Below the pieces are notes generated by a model. It made no database searches and was not told where the DNA came from. It worked only from the letters and a program-made list of their open reading frames with translations. Below are positions 48,659-57,163 of a DNA stretch of 64,000 nt, piece after piece; the stretch's first letter is position 1, and each line of letters starts with the position of its first letter. Where the stretch lies: the NCBI GenBank assembly GCA_910583735.1, contig CAJTXS010000003.1:35457-99456 (forward strand), read 5' to 3'. A program made the position numbers and the translations under genes. The stretch is from an uncultured Christensenella sp. (GTDB lineage Bacteria; Bacillota; Clostridia; Christensenellales; UBA3700).

Positions 48659-48877
48659 ATGGGAATTAGTAGAATGCATCAACATAACAGTTTGAATATA
48701 GAATTAATAAAACATTTTATTTTTTCAAATAACTTGACGATAAAAGACTTTTGTAAGCGATGTGGAATATGCGTTATTACTTATTATAAAATCATAAATA
48801 AAAAAAATTTCAATATGACTGCGCTCTTCAAAATTGCAAAGTTAATCGGTGTGCCTATATACATGCTGTTTAGATAG
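48659..48877 (+). CDS. Small HTH-like protein divergent from XRE copy 1 (Cro-like position)
   Basis: 72 aa (or from the ATG at 48674). LTIKDFCKRCGICVITYYKIINKKNFNMTALFKIAKLIGVPIYMLF resembles an HTH_3/HTH_26 fold. Paralog at 49215. Confidence 0.6.
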   Translation: MGISRMHQHNSLNIELIKHFIFSNNLTIKDFCKRCGICVITYYKIINKKNFNMTALFKIAKLIGVPIYMLFR

Positions 48878-48926
48878 TATATAAAATAATTAATAATAGG
48901 CTATCTATTTATTAAAAAAAATATTA

Positions 48927-49130
48927 TTAATCTTCTAAACCGATTAAATAGTCTGCTGTGCAAGAGAAAAATTTACATAATGCTATTATGCTTTCGATAT
49001 TAGGAATGCGTAAATTATTTTCCCATCTGTTGATACAGGCGACGCTTATATGTAGCTGTCTTGCCAGTTCGCTTTGAGAAAAATTTTTTTCTTCCCTTAA
49101 TTCTTTAAGTCTTTCAGCAAATTTATTCAT
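48927..49130 (-). CDS. XRE-family HTH regulator (copy 2)
   Basis: 67 aa from the ATG at 49130: MNKFAERLKELREEKNFSQSELARQLHISVACINRWENNLRIPN. Confidence 0.85.
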   Translation of the reverse strand: MNKFAERLKELREEKNFSQSELARQLHISVACINRWENNLRIPNIESIIALCKFFSCTADYLIGLED

Positions 49131-49214
49131 TGTCAAACCTACATTTATTGTATACCAATCGGTAATAAAGCGCTTGACTTTTGCCAATTGGTAAGAGCAT
49201 ATTGATATTACCAA

Positions 49215-49403
49215 ATGGCAACGAAGGGCGTTGATATGGATAATTTAATCAGAATTTATTTAATCGATAATTATTTGAAATATAATAATATCTCTAAAAC
49301 AAGTTTTTGCCTAAGATGCGGCATCAGTAATTCAACGCTTAATAAAATTTATTTAAGTAAAAATTTTAATATAAAAGCTTTGTTTAAGATAGCAAAAGAG
49401 TAA
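49215..49403 (+). CDS. Small HTH-like protein divergent from XRE copy 2, truncated by a stop
   Basis: 62 aa ending ...LFKIAKE*. The in-frame continuation after the TAA reads NLPVCRLFF*, which parallels LIGVPIYMLFR* of the 48659 paralog. Confidence 0.5.
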   Translation: MATKGVDMDNLIRIYLIDNYLKYNNISKTSFCLRCGISNSTLNKIYLSKNFNIKALFKIAKE

Positions 49404-49508
49404 AATTTGCCTGTGTGCCGATTATTTTTCTAAATAAAAATTTTGATATAGTTTATTAGATGTTTTATTGACCTTAGGCAAATTTCTTATTGATTTTCTT
49501 GCAGAACG

Positions 49509-50411
49509 TTATGCCGCATAATTCAAAGCTGCCAGTCTGTCTCGCGTATCGGGGTGCGTCTGGAACATAATGTCGAATGCGCTTGTCTTAACGCTTTCGC
49601 CGTCGATGGCGCTGAGGAACATAGCGAGCTGCTCTCCGTAGCCTATCTGATCGGCGAACTTATCTGCGGCGTATTCCGCCTTCCTTGAAGACCAGTTAAT
49701 CAACAGTACGCCAACTAAATTCCACAGCTTAAATAAGCCGATGATGACAATGCTGAATATGAAGTGAAGAATTACGGCGACTATATTGGTAAAAGTACTG
49801 TCGAATGCTTGCAAGATTGTAATGATTGCATAAGTGAAAAAAGTTATTATAGTCAAAAATATTGTGAGTATGCAGTTGGATACGTTAATGCCCAGTTTCA
49901 AATCGCTGTCGCCGTGCGCTATGTGACCGAACTCGTGCGCAAGCACGCCTTTAAGATATTCGGGATGAGCCCCGAGGATGCCCTTAGTAATTACTACTGT
50001 ACGATGTCCCAGAGCGTAGGCGTTGATGTCCTCGGACGAAGAGTAATATAATTTCACTTTGTCGGACACGCTCTTGGACAATCCGCGGGCTTCCGCCTTA
50101 ACCTGCTCGAATACTTCAAGCGCGGTGGACCAGTCCTGTTGCAACTCCTGCGCTGCGGGTTGCCTCTTTATGCCGTTGCGCAGTCTCCAAAACGCTTCTC
50201 CCATGGGCGTTAAGGAAATGAGTATGAATACGAAATTGACGCCCAGCCCTATTAAGCCCAAGTATATTCTGTTCATAGTCTCGTTGGGAGTTATGCTGTA
50301 AGGCAGTATATAGAAGATAAAGAATACGATTGCCGCATTGGCAAAAAAATATATCGTAGGCAATATATTTCTCGGTCTGAATAAGGACTTGAAGAAGCTA
50401 AATATGTACAT
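49509..50411 (-). CDS. HtpX-like M48 family integral-membrane zinc metalloprotease
   Basis: 300 aa. NAYALG...VITKGIL...LAHEFGHIAHGD (HExxH) between TM helices, then EYAADKFA and THPDTRDRL. Confidence 0.85.
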   Translation of the reverse strand: MYIFSFFKSLFRPRNILPTIYFFANAAIVFFIFYILPYSITPNETMNRIYLGLIGLGVNFVFILISLTPMGEAFWRLRNGIKRQPAAQELQQDWSTALEVFEQVKAEARGLSKSVSDKVKLYYSSSEDINAYALGHRTVVITKGILGAHPEYLKGVLAHEFGHIAHGDSDLKLGINVSNCILTIFLTIITFFTYAIITILQAFDSTFTNIVAVILHFIFSIVIIGLFKLWNLVGVLLINWSSRKAEYAADKFADQIGYGEQLAMFLSAIDGESVKTSAFDIMFQTHPDTRDRLAALNYAA

Positions 50412-50690
50412 TTTTAATATTTCCCTCGTGATTTAATTATATAGCGGCGTTGCATGCAAGTCAATTCCAACAAGCGTATTTGTAATAAATGTGTAAAATT
50501 GCAGCTGAAAATATAATTGATGCAATATTGCTTTAAGCTGAAACCATTCAGTTAAAAAAATTAGCTAAATTTATATTTTTTATAAGAATTAAGGCTAAAG
50601 TATTGCGATATGAAGAAGTTTTAATATTAATTAGCGCAAGCAATAGTTATGTAAACTTTATGTGCTGTCTGAGCGGTAGAAATATAAGAC

Positions 50691-50987
50691 CTATTTCTTT
50701 GTAATAGCAATCTTCATTAGATATTGTTCTTTGTCCTCTTCATTCAATAAATCCTTGATATTGCTAACTAAAAGGTGTTTACTCTCTCTTATCATAATAG
50801 ATGTATATTTTTTGCTTTGAGTACTTATAGATATATAACCGAAGCTGTGATAGGACATCTGCGCAGCGACTTCGACAATGTCCTTAAAATCAATGAAAAT
50901 TACTTTATTGTTACGAAAATAGAAATAGATACCGTTAACATCCGCCTGTATTGCGATTTTTGGCTCTGTGATAAATCTAAATAGCAA
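50691..50987 (-). CDS. Small protein, possible bacterial PH-like domain; may be the C-terminal part of a frameshifted gene
   Basis: 98-aa ORF with a TTG start. It overlaps the 3' end of the 50900-51211 ORF in another frame. Beta-rich sequence after two TMs is the DUF304/bPH-type layout. Confidence 0.4.
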   Translation of the reverse strand: MLFRFITEPKIAIQADVNGIYFYFRNNKVIFIDFKDIVEVAAQMSYHSFGYISISTQSKKYTSIMIRESKHLLVSNIKDLLNEEDKEQYLMKIAITKK

Positions 50988-51211
50988 AGCGACAAACAGA
51001 TAAAGGCTACGGTCAGGCAGATTAAAGGGATAAACAGGAAGCGCTTATCTTCTGTAAGACATGCCCAAACTATCATTAAGACGCTAAATGCGCCCGATAC
51101 GACAACGCTTTCCAAATCGGCGGCTTTTGTCGCCAGCGTATATTTTTGTTTTACCTCTTTCACAATCTCAGTTATAATCCTTATAAAGCTATAGATGCAA
51201 CTGTTTTGCAA
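50900..51211 (-). CDS. Small two-TM membrane protein (possible N-terminal part of a frameshifted gene)
   Basis: 103-aa ORF with two hydrophobic helices. Overlaps the 50691-50987 ORF by 88 nt. Confidence 0.45.
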   Translation of the reverse strand: MQNSCIYSFIRIITEIVKEVKQKYTLATKAADLESVVVSGAFSVLMIVWACLTEDKRFLFIPLICLTVAFICLSLCYLDLSQSQKSQYRRMLTVSISIFVTIK

Positions 51212-51236
51212 CTTAATTCAAATAATTACATTGAAT

Positions 51237-51806
51237 CTAAAACTTGCCAAGCCAATTAGCCGTCTCCTGCCGAGTAGTAAAAATCATATACGGCACGTCG
51301 GAGTTCTGCAATCTCTCTAAAACTCCGGGACGGACATTCGTCCTGTATCCTAATATCCACTCGACAAATTCCTCGTCAGCCTGCTCTTCGCATCCATCCG
51401 TCATGTCGGGACGCGAAGTGCCTCTGTATTTTTCTACGCGCTCATGCACGCTTTGTATACATAACCGAGTGTCGTAATCAAGGAATATGCACAAATCAGC
51501 ATACTTAAGTCTAAGCGCGAATGTCCTGTCATAATTCCCGTCGATAATCCATTTATTCTTTTTAAGTTGTTCTTCAAGCAATTTATCAAACTCCTCAGGC
51601 GGACGCGTCTCCCAATTAGGAAGCCAATACAACTTATCCAAATGCACTACAGGCAGCCGAAATTTATTACCCATTTCGACAGCTAAAGTGCTCTTTCCTG
51701 CTCCTCCGCAACCCACAATAAGTATTCTTTCGAAGTCAAATTTCATTTTGTCCTCGATTAATTTATTTGAGCCCATATAACGATTGCCGTTCTTAATAGT
51801 TTTCAT
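51237..51806 (-). CDS. P-loop NTPase, adenylate-kinase/topology-modulation-protein-like
   Basis: 189 aa. Walker A IVGCGGAGKSTLA near the N-terminus. Size and layout resemble AAA_17/18 kinase-like proteins. RBS AAGAGG before the ATG at 51806. Confidence 0.7.
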   Translation of the reverse strand: MKTIKNGNRYMGSNKLIEDKMKFDFERILIVGCGGAGKSTLAVEMGNKFRLPVVHLDKLYWLPNWETRPPEEFDKLLEEQLKKNKWIIDGNYDRTFALRLKYADLCIFLDYDTRLCIQSVHERVEKYRGTSRPDMTDGCEEQADEEFVEWILGYRTNVRPGVLERLQNSDVPYMIFTTRQETANWLGKF

Positions 51807-51948
51807 TTCTTTGCCTCTTTAGGCTGTTGCCGGGTAGCTGTTACGCAATTACGGGTAAACAATATTTAATGCAATTATCTATAGATAAGTCATAGATAAT
51901 AGCAAAATCATATTTCGCGATATAATAAAGATATTATAGATATAAAGT

Positions 51949-51972
51949 AAAAAACGCACAGTAGTGCGTTTT
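51949..51972 (-). terminator. ssrA terminator
   Basis: Minus strand, directly after the CCA end: AAAACGCAC-TACT-GTGCGTTTT followed by further T residues. Confidence 0.85.
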
Positions 51973-51976
51973 ATCA

Positions 51977-52336
51977 TGGTGGACCTGAGGGGAATTGAAC
52001 CCCTGTCCGAGAAACTTTGCACAGCGTTTTCTACATACTTAGCCGATTGTCGATTTCCCGTCAGGCAAGTCAAGCGGCAAACTTAACTGACGGATAGCCC
52101 TGAGTCTTGCGCGGTGCCTCGGGCATAACGCCGCGCCCTGTTCCACTGTCCGATGCCGGTTATGAAGCCGTGGAAACTTCAGCCGACAGCCTCGCTAATT
52201 AAGCTGCGAAGGCAAGAGAGCCGTTGTAGCTCTCGGTTTTATTTTCTGCGTTTAATTTTAATTTCCGTATTTGCGGAGACGAGCCTCCGGTATGCTTACA
52301 CTGCCCTCCCTTCCCCGTCGAAGCCGAGACAGGCCC
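51977..52336 (-). ncRNA. ssrA: tmRNA (SsrA), 360 nt
   Basis: The 5' GGGCCUG pairs with the 3' CAGGUCC-ACCA, including the G3:U wobble. T-arm GGGGUUCAAUUCCCC. 5' GGCUUCGACGGGG box. Tag ORF at 52249-52199 encodes AENKTESYNGSLAFAA then a stop. Confidence 0.95.
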
Positions 52337-52346
52337 ATGCGTATGT

Positions 52347-52375
52347 ATTATATATGCTTTATGCGGTTGTGTCAA
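52347..52375 (-). promoter_or_regulatory. ssrA promoter
   Basis: Minus strand reads TTGACA, a 17-nt spacer, then TATAAT, ending about 10 nt upstream of the mature 5' end. Confidence 0.75.
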
Positions 52376-52655
52376 GTCGGAAAAGTATGGCAATATATGC
52401 GTATATATAATTATATCCTTAATAACAAGCAAAGATAACTGCGATATAATCCGCGCCGAAAGAAGGCGGTCGCGCCTGCAATATGTATCAATACAGTGCA
52501 AGATTATTCTCAACTTAATGACCGGTAGCAAGCAAGTAAGATAATATGCGCATCGCCGCGGAGCATAGACATATGAGCCGTAAAACAAGCGGACCGTCTG
52601 TTGTCCGATTGCAATCGAACAAGAATATAATGAAAAAAAGGTAAAAAATTGGCAC

Positions 52656-52684
52656 TTGAAAAATCTTGCCGTAAGTAGTAAAAT
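52656..52684 (+). promoter_or_regulatory. Promoter placed for a leaderless transcript of the 52691 gene
   Basis: TTGAAA, a 17-nt spacer, then TAAAAT. The -10 element ends 6 nt before the ATG at 52691 and no Shine-Dalgarno is present. Confidence 0.5.
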
Positions 52685-52690
52685 ATAAAT

Positions 52691-53194
52691 ATGGACAAGC
52701 TGATTAAGGCAAAGAAAGCGGCGCAAGCCGTATTGGGAATAAGCATATTTATGCTGATAGTGGGCATACTGGGCTCTTCGCTTGCGATACACTTCGGGCA
52801 GAATGCTTCGGGCTATGCGGTAATAGCGCTGATACCTATAGGACTGCTCGGCGCTGCGTACGGCGCGTATATGATGAAGAACATCATAGCGTGCGTCAAT
52901 GTCGTAAAAGGCGTTGAGGACGGCAGAGCAAGTGTGGACGACCTCTGCTCCGCTAAGACGGACGCGGCAAGGCGCAATACAGAAAAGACGGTCAAGCAGT
53001 GTATAGAAGAGGGCTTCCTCGACGGCTACGTCCTAAACGAAGACGGCGAGATTGCGATTGCCGAGAGCGAGATATGCGAGGATGCAGAGGCCGTGTGCGA
53101 GGAAGTCGCCGCGGAAAGTATCGGAGTGGACGACGGGGCGGCAACCGAAGCAGAAGAGCAAGCCGCTGCGCCGACAGAGGAAGATAAAGAATAA
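52691..53194 (+). CDS. Hypothetical two-TM protein with acidic C-terminal tail
   Basis: 167-aa ORF with two TM helices and a Glu/Ala-rich tail. Followed by a clean terminator. Confidence 0.65.
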   Translation: MDKLIKAKKAAQAVLGISIFMLIVGILGSSLAIHFGQNASGYAVIALIPIGLLGAAYGAYMMKNIIACVNVVKGVEDGRASVDDLCSAKTDAARRNTEKTVKQCIEEGFLDGYVLNEDGEIAIAESEICEDAEAVCEEVAAESIGVDDGAATEAEEQAAAPTEEDKE

Positions 53195-53216
53195 TATTGA
53201 TTAAATAATAATAGCA

Positions 53217-53242
53217 GCGGGCGATAGATTCGCTCGCTTTTT
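53217..53242 (+). terminator. Rho-independent terminator
   Basis: GCGGGCGA-TAGAT-TCGCTCGC followed by TTTTT. Confidence 0.75.
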
Positions 53243-53342
53243 ATTTGCCGATATTTGCATACTGTTCAATCGGTTCGGATTGTTGCGCATAGCATAATAC
53301 TTAGGCATAGCTTACAATCAATAATTAATAGCTGAAAAATAA

Positions 53343-54308
53343 TTAAGAGGGCAGCCTTCTTATACTTACTTCGCCGCTGTTGATCTTGGTAACTGTTCCG
53401 CCGTACAATGTTACATACAGCGCGCCGTCGTCGTCTATGTCGGTAGCGGTGCCGCAATACTCTATGCCGCCACGCTCGTAAGATACTCTCTCTCCCAGTA
53501 TCATTGAGTGTGCGCGGTATTCTTCCATAAAAGTCCTGTCGCCGAGACGGTCCGCAAGGCTCAAGAATTGCGAAATTATTGCGCCGATGAGGCGGTCCCT
53601 ATCTATATCGGGCGGCAGTTCGAAGAGCGCGCCCGCCTTATTCTTGATGTCCTCGGGCAGCGGTACGGCAACGAAGTTGACGCCTATGCCCACTACTATG
53701 CCGCTTATTTTTCCGTCGGTGCCCATGACGCTTTGCGTCAAGATACCGCACACCTTCTTATCGTCCAGATACAGGTCGTTGACCCACTTGATAAGGCATT
53801 GCTTACCGCACACATTATCTATTGCGCGTCTGGTCGCTACAGCCGCCGCAGGCGTGACTGCGAGTAGATTATCCGCCTCTATATTGCGATTGATTATAAT
53901 GCTTAGGTAAATGCCGCTACCTGCGGGCGAAAAGAAAGACCTGCCCGTCCTGCCTCTGCCCTGCGTCTGGCTGTGAGCTACCACCGCCGTGCCGTGACGC
54001 GCGCCGTCTTTGAGCATGTCGAGCGCAATATCGTTGGTAGAGGTTACGGTATCGAATATGAATATATCCGCGTCCTCGCCGTTCATGCCGCTCCTAATGC
54101 TCTTGAGCTTGGGCTTGCCGCCGATAGATATCAAAGCATAGCCGCGGTTGGTGCCGCCGTCTATATTGCAGCCGGATAATCTCAGCGAATTGACCGCCTT
54201 CCATACCGCGTTGCGCGATATGCCGAGCATGGCTGCTATCTCCTGTCCCGAGACGCTTGCGCCGCCGCGTTCTTTAAGCAATTTAAGGACGGAGTCTTTA
54301 GTCTTCAT
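53343..54308 (-). CDS. birA: Bifunctional biotin-[acetyl-CoA-carboxylase] ligase / biotin operon repressor BirA
   Basis: 321 aa. N-terminal wHTH (SGQEIAAMLGISRNAVWKAV) and ligase motif QTQGRGRTGRSFFSPAGSGIYLS. Confidence 0.92.
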   Translation of the reverse strand: MKTKDSVLKLLKERGGASVSGQEIAAMLGISRNAVWKAVNSLRLSGCNIDGGTNRGYALISIGGKPKLKSIRSGMNGEDADIFIFDTVTSTNDIALDMLKDGARHGTAVVAHSQTQGRGRTGRSFFSPAGSGIYLSIIINRNIEADNLLAVTPAAAVATRRAIDNVCGKQCLIKWVNDLYLDDKKVCGILTQSVMGTDGKISGIVVGIGVNFVAVPLPEDIKNKAGALFELPPDIDRDRLIGAIISQFLSLADRLGDRTFMEEYRAHSMILGERVSYERGGIEYCGTATDIDDDGALYVTLYGGTVTKINSGEVSIRRLPS

Positions 54309-55015
54309 AACGCGTCCTCCAATAGAGAATTGAGCCTATAGCTGAAGTATCTTCCGCCGTCTGTCAAGATAAGGTGATCTGCAAGCGTGATGCCGATGGA
54401 GTCGAGCGCGGTATTGAGCCTGCGAGTAAAGTCGTTATCCTCTTTAGACGGCATAGGCGTGCCCGTAGTGTGATTGTGCCCTATATAGACGTGCGAGGCG
54501 TTGATTGCGTCGAGCTTACGCAGGTAATTGCGTATCTCCGTCTTGCAGCTTGCGGCGTCGCCGCTGGCCATAAGATAACCTGCGCGCATAAGGCATGCGT
54601 CGTCTACGCACAGCATGTAAATGACCTCTACGTCAAGTCCGTCCGTCACGGAATGCAAGTATGTCGCGGCGTCGCTTACGTTGCGAATAAACACTTTCTT
54701 GCTGTCGGAATTGACTTGCAGACAGCGCTTGAATACGCCCGAAAGCGAGCTCAAAAAGAGCGCGGCGTCCTTAGTGACGTGTGGCACGTTGAATATAGCG
54801 TCGGCATCCGTATTGATTAAGGTATATAAGTTGCCGAATGTATTGAGCAGGTTGTGAGCGATGGGATTGGTATCTTTAAGCGGAATAAATGGATATAGCA
54901 GATACTCGAGTATCTCGTGATCGTGCAAGACGTCTATGCCGTGCTCGGCAATCTTCTGCTTGACGCGTTGCCTGTGTCCTTTATGAACGTTGACCTTGTT
55001 GTTGCTATCTGCCAT
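54305..55015 (-). CDS. radC: RadC-like JAB/MPN domain protein
   Basis: 236 aa. N-terminal HhH-like region and C-terminal JAMM motif HNHTTGTPMPSKEDNDFT. ATGA overlap with birA. Confidence 0.85.
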   Translation of the reverse strand: MADSNNKVNVHKGHRQRVKQKIAEHGIDVLHDHEILEYLLYPFIPLKDTNPIAHNLLNTFGNLYTLINTDADAIFNVPHVTKDAALFLSSLSGVFKRCLQVNSDSKKVFIRNVSDAATYLHSVTDGLDVEVIYMLCVDDACLMRAGYLMASGDAASCKTEIRNYLRKLDAINASHVYIGHNHTTGTPMPSKEDNDFTRRLNTALDSIGITLADHLILTDGGRYFSYRLNSLLEDAL

Positions 55016-55062
55016 GTTCCGACTGCGTAATGATAAGGCGGCAATAGCTGCCGCCCTCGATA

Positions 55063-55887
55063 TCAGAAAAATCTTTTATTGTTGCCGTACGACTTAGTCT
55101 TGCCGAAGCCCTTCTTCTTGAAGTTGACGCTGCTGGAAGCATCGTACATATCTATATCGGTGTGGTACTCGATGTTGCTCTTGGACACGGCGGGAGCGGA
55201 GCTATCGCTCCTGCGAGGTCTGTCCTCTCTTCTCCTGTCGGGGCGTCTATCGCCGTCTCTTCTGCCTGTCCTGCCCTCGCCTCTCTTCTTGCTGGGCGCG
55301 ATTACCACATAGCGGGAAGGCTCGTCGCCCTCGCTGTGGGTGGTGACATAGCTGTCGTCCGCAAGCGCGGCATGTATCACTCTGCGCTCAAAGGGGTTCA
55401 TAGGCTCCAACGATACCGCTTCGCCCGATTTCGCTGCCTTGAACGCCAGCCTGCGGGCGAGCTTGGTGAGCACTTGGACGCGCTTCTCGCGGTAATTCTC
55501 TCCGTCGACTATAACTCTGCCGTCAAATCCGCCCGTAGAGTTAGCTATGAGCAGGGCAAGATATTGCAGGCTATCCAGCACGTCGCCGCGGTAGCCGATG
55601 ATATGAGCTACGTCGGGACCGCCGATGTTGTAAAGATATCCTTCTTCCGTCTCGGTCATCTCGACTTCGCAGTCAAAGCCCATGCGCTTAATGGCGCCCT
55701 GTATGAACTCCAGCGCCGCGAGCTGACCTGTAAGTTTCTGCGTGACCTTAACCGTGACTTTCTTCTTAATAAGTCCGCTCTCCTTTACTATAGCGGTGTC
55801 TACTTCGCTCTCGTCAAGTCCCAACTGCTCGAGCGCGTTTCTTAACGCTTCGTCGTAAGATGATGCGGTGACTTCTATACTCTTCAT
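55063..55887 (-). CDS. jag: Jag/KhpB RNA-binding protein (Jag_N-KH-R3H) with Arg-rich C-terminal tail
   Basis: 274 aa. KH and R3H regions (MNPFERRVIHAAL). Lies downstream of yidC in the conserved order. Confidence 0.88.
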   Translation of the reverse strand: MKSIEVTASSYDEALRNALEQLGLDESEVDTAIVKESGLIKKKVTVKVTQKLTGQLAALEFIQGAIKRMGFDCEVEMTETEEGYLYNIGGPDVAHIIGYRGDVLDSLQYLALLIANSTGGFDGRVIVDGENYREKRVQVLTKLARRLAFKAAKSGEAVSLEPMNPFERRVIHAALADDSYVTTHSEGDEPSRYVVIAPSKKRGEGRTGRRDGDRRPDRRREDRPRRSDSSAPAVSKSNIEYHTDIDMYDASSSVNFKKKGFGKTKSYGNNKRFF

Positions 55888-55900
55888 AATCTTTCTCCCA

Positions 55901-57163
55901 TTACTTGGCGGATATGAGGCTCCTCGCTGCCTCCCGTCTGTCGAGTTGCTTAGTGATAATTATATAAGCGATGTTGAACAGCGTGCTGACCGCATTACTC
56001 ATGAAATAATAGAGTGCGAACGCCGCGCTGTATACTATTGCGAATATGCCCATTATTAACGGCATTGTATAAGTTACAATTTTCATGGTCCTCTGCTGGG
56101 ACTTTTGCTGCTCTGCGCCGCCTGCCATCATGTTCTGCGGCGACATCTTCTGCGTAAACCATGTGGTCAATACCGAAAGCACCACCGATATGATAGGCAG
56201 TACGAAATATCCGTTCCAGTTCTTTACGTCCCAGAATGACTTCTTATTAAGACGTTCCTGCGCAGGACCTGCGAGTGTGTCGTACGATACGCCCGATACG
56301 TCCCAGTGCGCCTGTATCTTGCCGCCCACGAACTGCTGCGCGGTAGGCACTACGTTGGTGCCCGTATCCGACATAAATACGTTCTTAATCCAAAGGAAGC
56401 TCTCCATGTGCTCTTCGTAGGCGTCGGCAAGACGCTCGTTGAGCCTGCTCTGATATGCGCCGGCTACGCCGCGCACGATAGCTTTTTGCTCTAAAGGCAG
56501 CTTGTTGATATAGCCGTTCTTCTCGGAGCTGTCCATATAGTCGCCGTACAGCGTGCGCGCCGCCGAGTATTTCTCCCAGCCCGCGCCTGACTGCGCGTCT
56601 ATCTGAGCGGAAAATTCGTTAAGAGAGTTATTTAACGCTTCATCGCCTATTTCCGCATTGCTGTCTAAGATAGCCTTCTTCTCGGCAGATACGACGTAAT
56701 CCTTTACCGCGGCGTCTACGTTGTCTGCATTGTCGTTGAATTCCAGATACGCGCCGTATACATTCTCCATTATAACTTCGTTCTGATATGCAACCAGCTG
56801 TCTGAAGCCCGCAAAGACTACGAAGAATATGACCATGGTGACGATAAGCGGCAGGCAGGAAGCAAGAGGGTGTAACTTCTCTTCCTTCTGCAATTCCGCT
56901 TGTTTCTGTCTCAGAAGTTGGGGTTGATTGGCGTATTGCTTTTGGAGCTTGGCAAGTTTAGGCTGAAGACGCGCCATAGCCTTGCTCTGCTTGCGCTGAG
57001 ATATCTTCTGCCAGATATCAAGCGGAGACGTAATTAACTTGAGTATTATGGTGAATACGATGACCGTGACACCGAACGACGGCAAAAGCTCGGACAACTG
57101 AACGAGCCACTTGCCAATCAGGTTGCTCGGCAGAGACACCGCCAACGTAGTTAAAATATCCAT
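55901..57163 (-). CDS. yidC: Membrane protein insertase YidC/Oxa1 family, unusually long
   Basis: 420 aa. TM1 IVFTIILKLITSPL, coiled-coil C1 loop, FLWIKNVFMSD, C-terminal TMs. About 120-150 extra residues lie between TM2 and the FLWI helix. Confidence 0.88.
   Translation of the reverse strand: MDILTTLAVSLPSNLIGKWLVQLSELLPSFGVTVIVFTIILKLITSPLDIWQKISQRKQSKAMARLQPKLAKLQKQYANQPQLLRQKQAELQKEEKLHPLASCLPLIVTMVIFFVVFAGFRQLVAYQNEVIMENVYGAYLEFNDNADNVDAAVKDYVVSAEKKAILDSNAEIGDEALNNSLNEFSAQIDAQSGAGWEKYSAARTLYGDYMDSSEKNGYINKLPLEQKAIVRGVAGAYQSRLNERLADAYEEHMESFLWIKNVFMSDTGTNVVPTAQQFVGGKIQAHWDVSGVSYDTLAGPAQERLNKKSFWDVKNWNGYFVLPIISVVLSVLTTWFTQKMSPQNMMAGGAEQQKSQQRTMKIVTYTMPLIMGIFAIVYSAAFALYYFMSNAVSTLFNIAYIIITKQLDRREAARSLISAK

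Larger units (their letters stand above)
47420..51976. mobile_element. Putative degraded genomic island abutting the 3' end of ssrA
   Basis: Visibly more AT-rich coding sequence than the flanks (by eye). Accessory-type genes: LRR fragment, duplicated XRE pairs, M48 protease, P-loop kinase. It sits at the classical tmRNA 3' integration site. No integrase or flanking direct repeat was found. Confidence 0.4.

Noticed and set aside
46875-51976. An integrase gene or a direct repeat of the ssrA 3' end (att site) delimiting the island
   Set aside because: No tyrosine or serine recombinase motifs appear in any ORF, and I saw no copy of GGGGTTCAATTCCCC or the adjoining tmRNA sequence at the distal end. 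The block is therefore reported only as a putative degraded island.
52199-52792. A 197-aa minus-strand ORF ending in ...NAENKTESYNGSLAFAA
   Set aside because: Its 3' end is the tmRNA tag reading frame, and the rest runs through the ssrA promoter region. The locus is explained by tmRNA.
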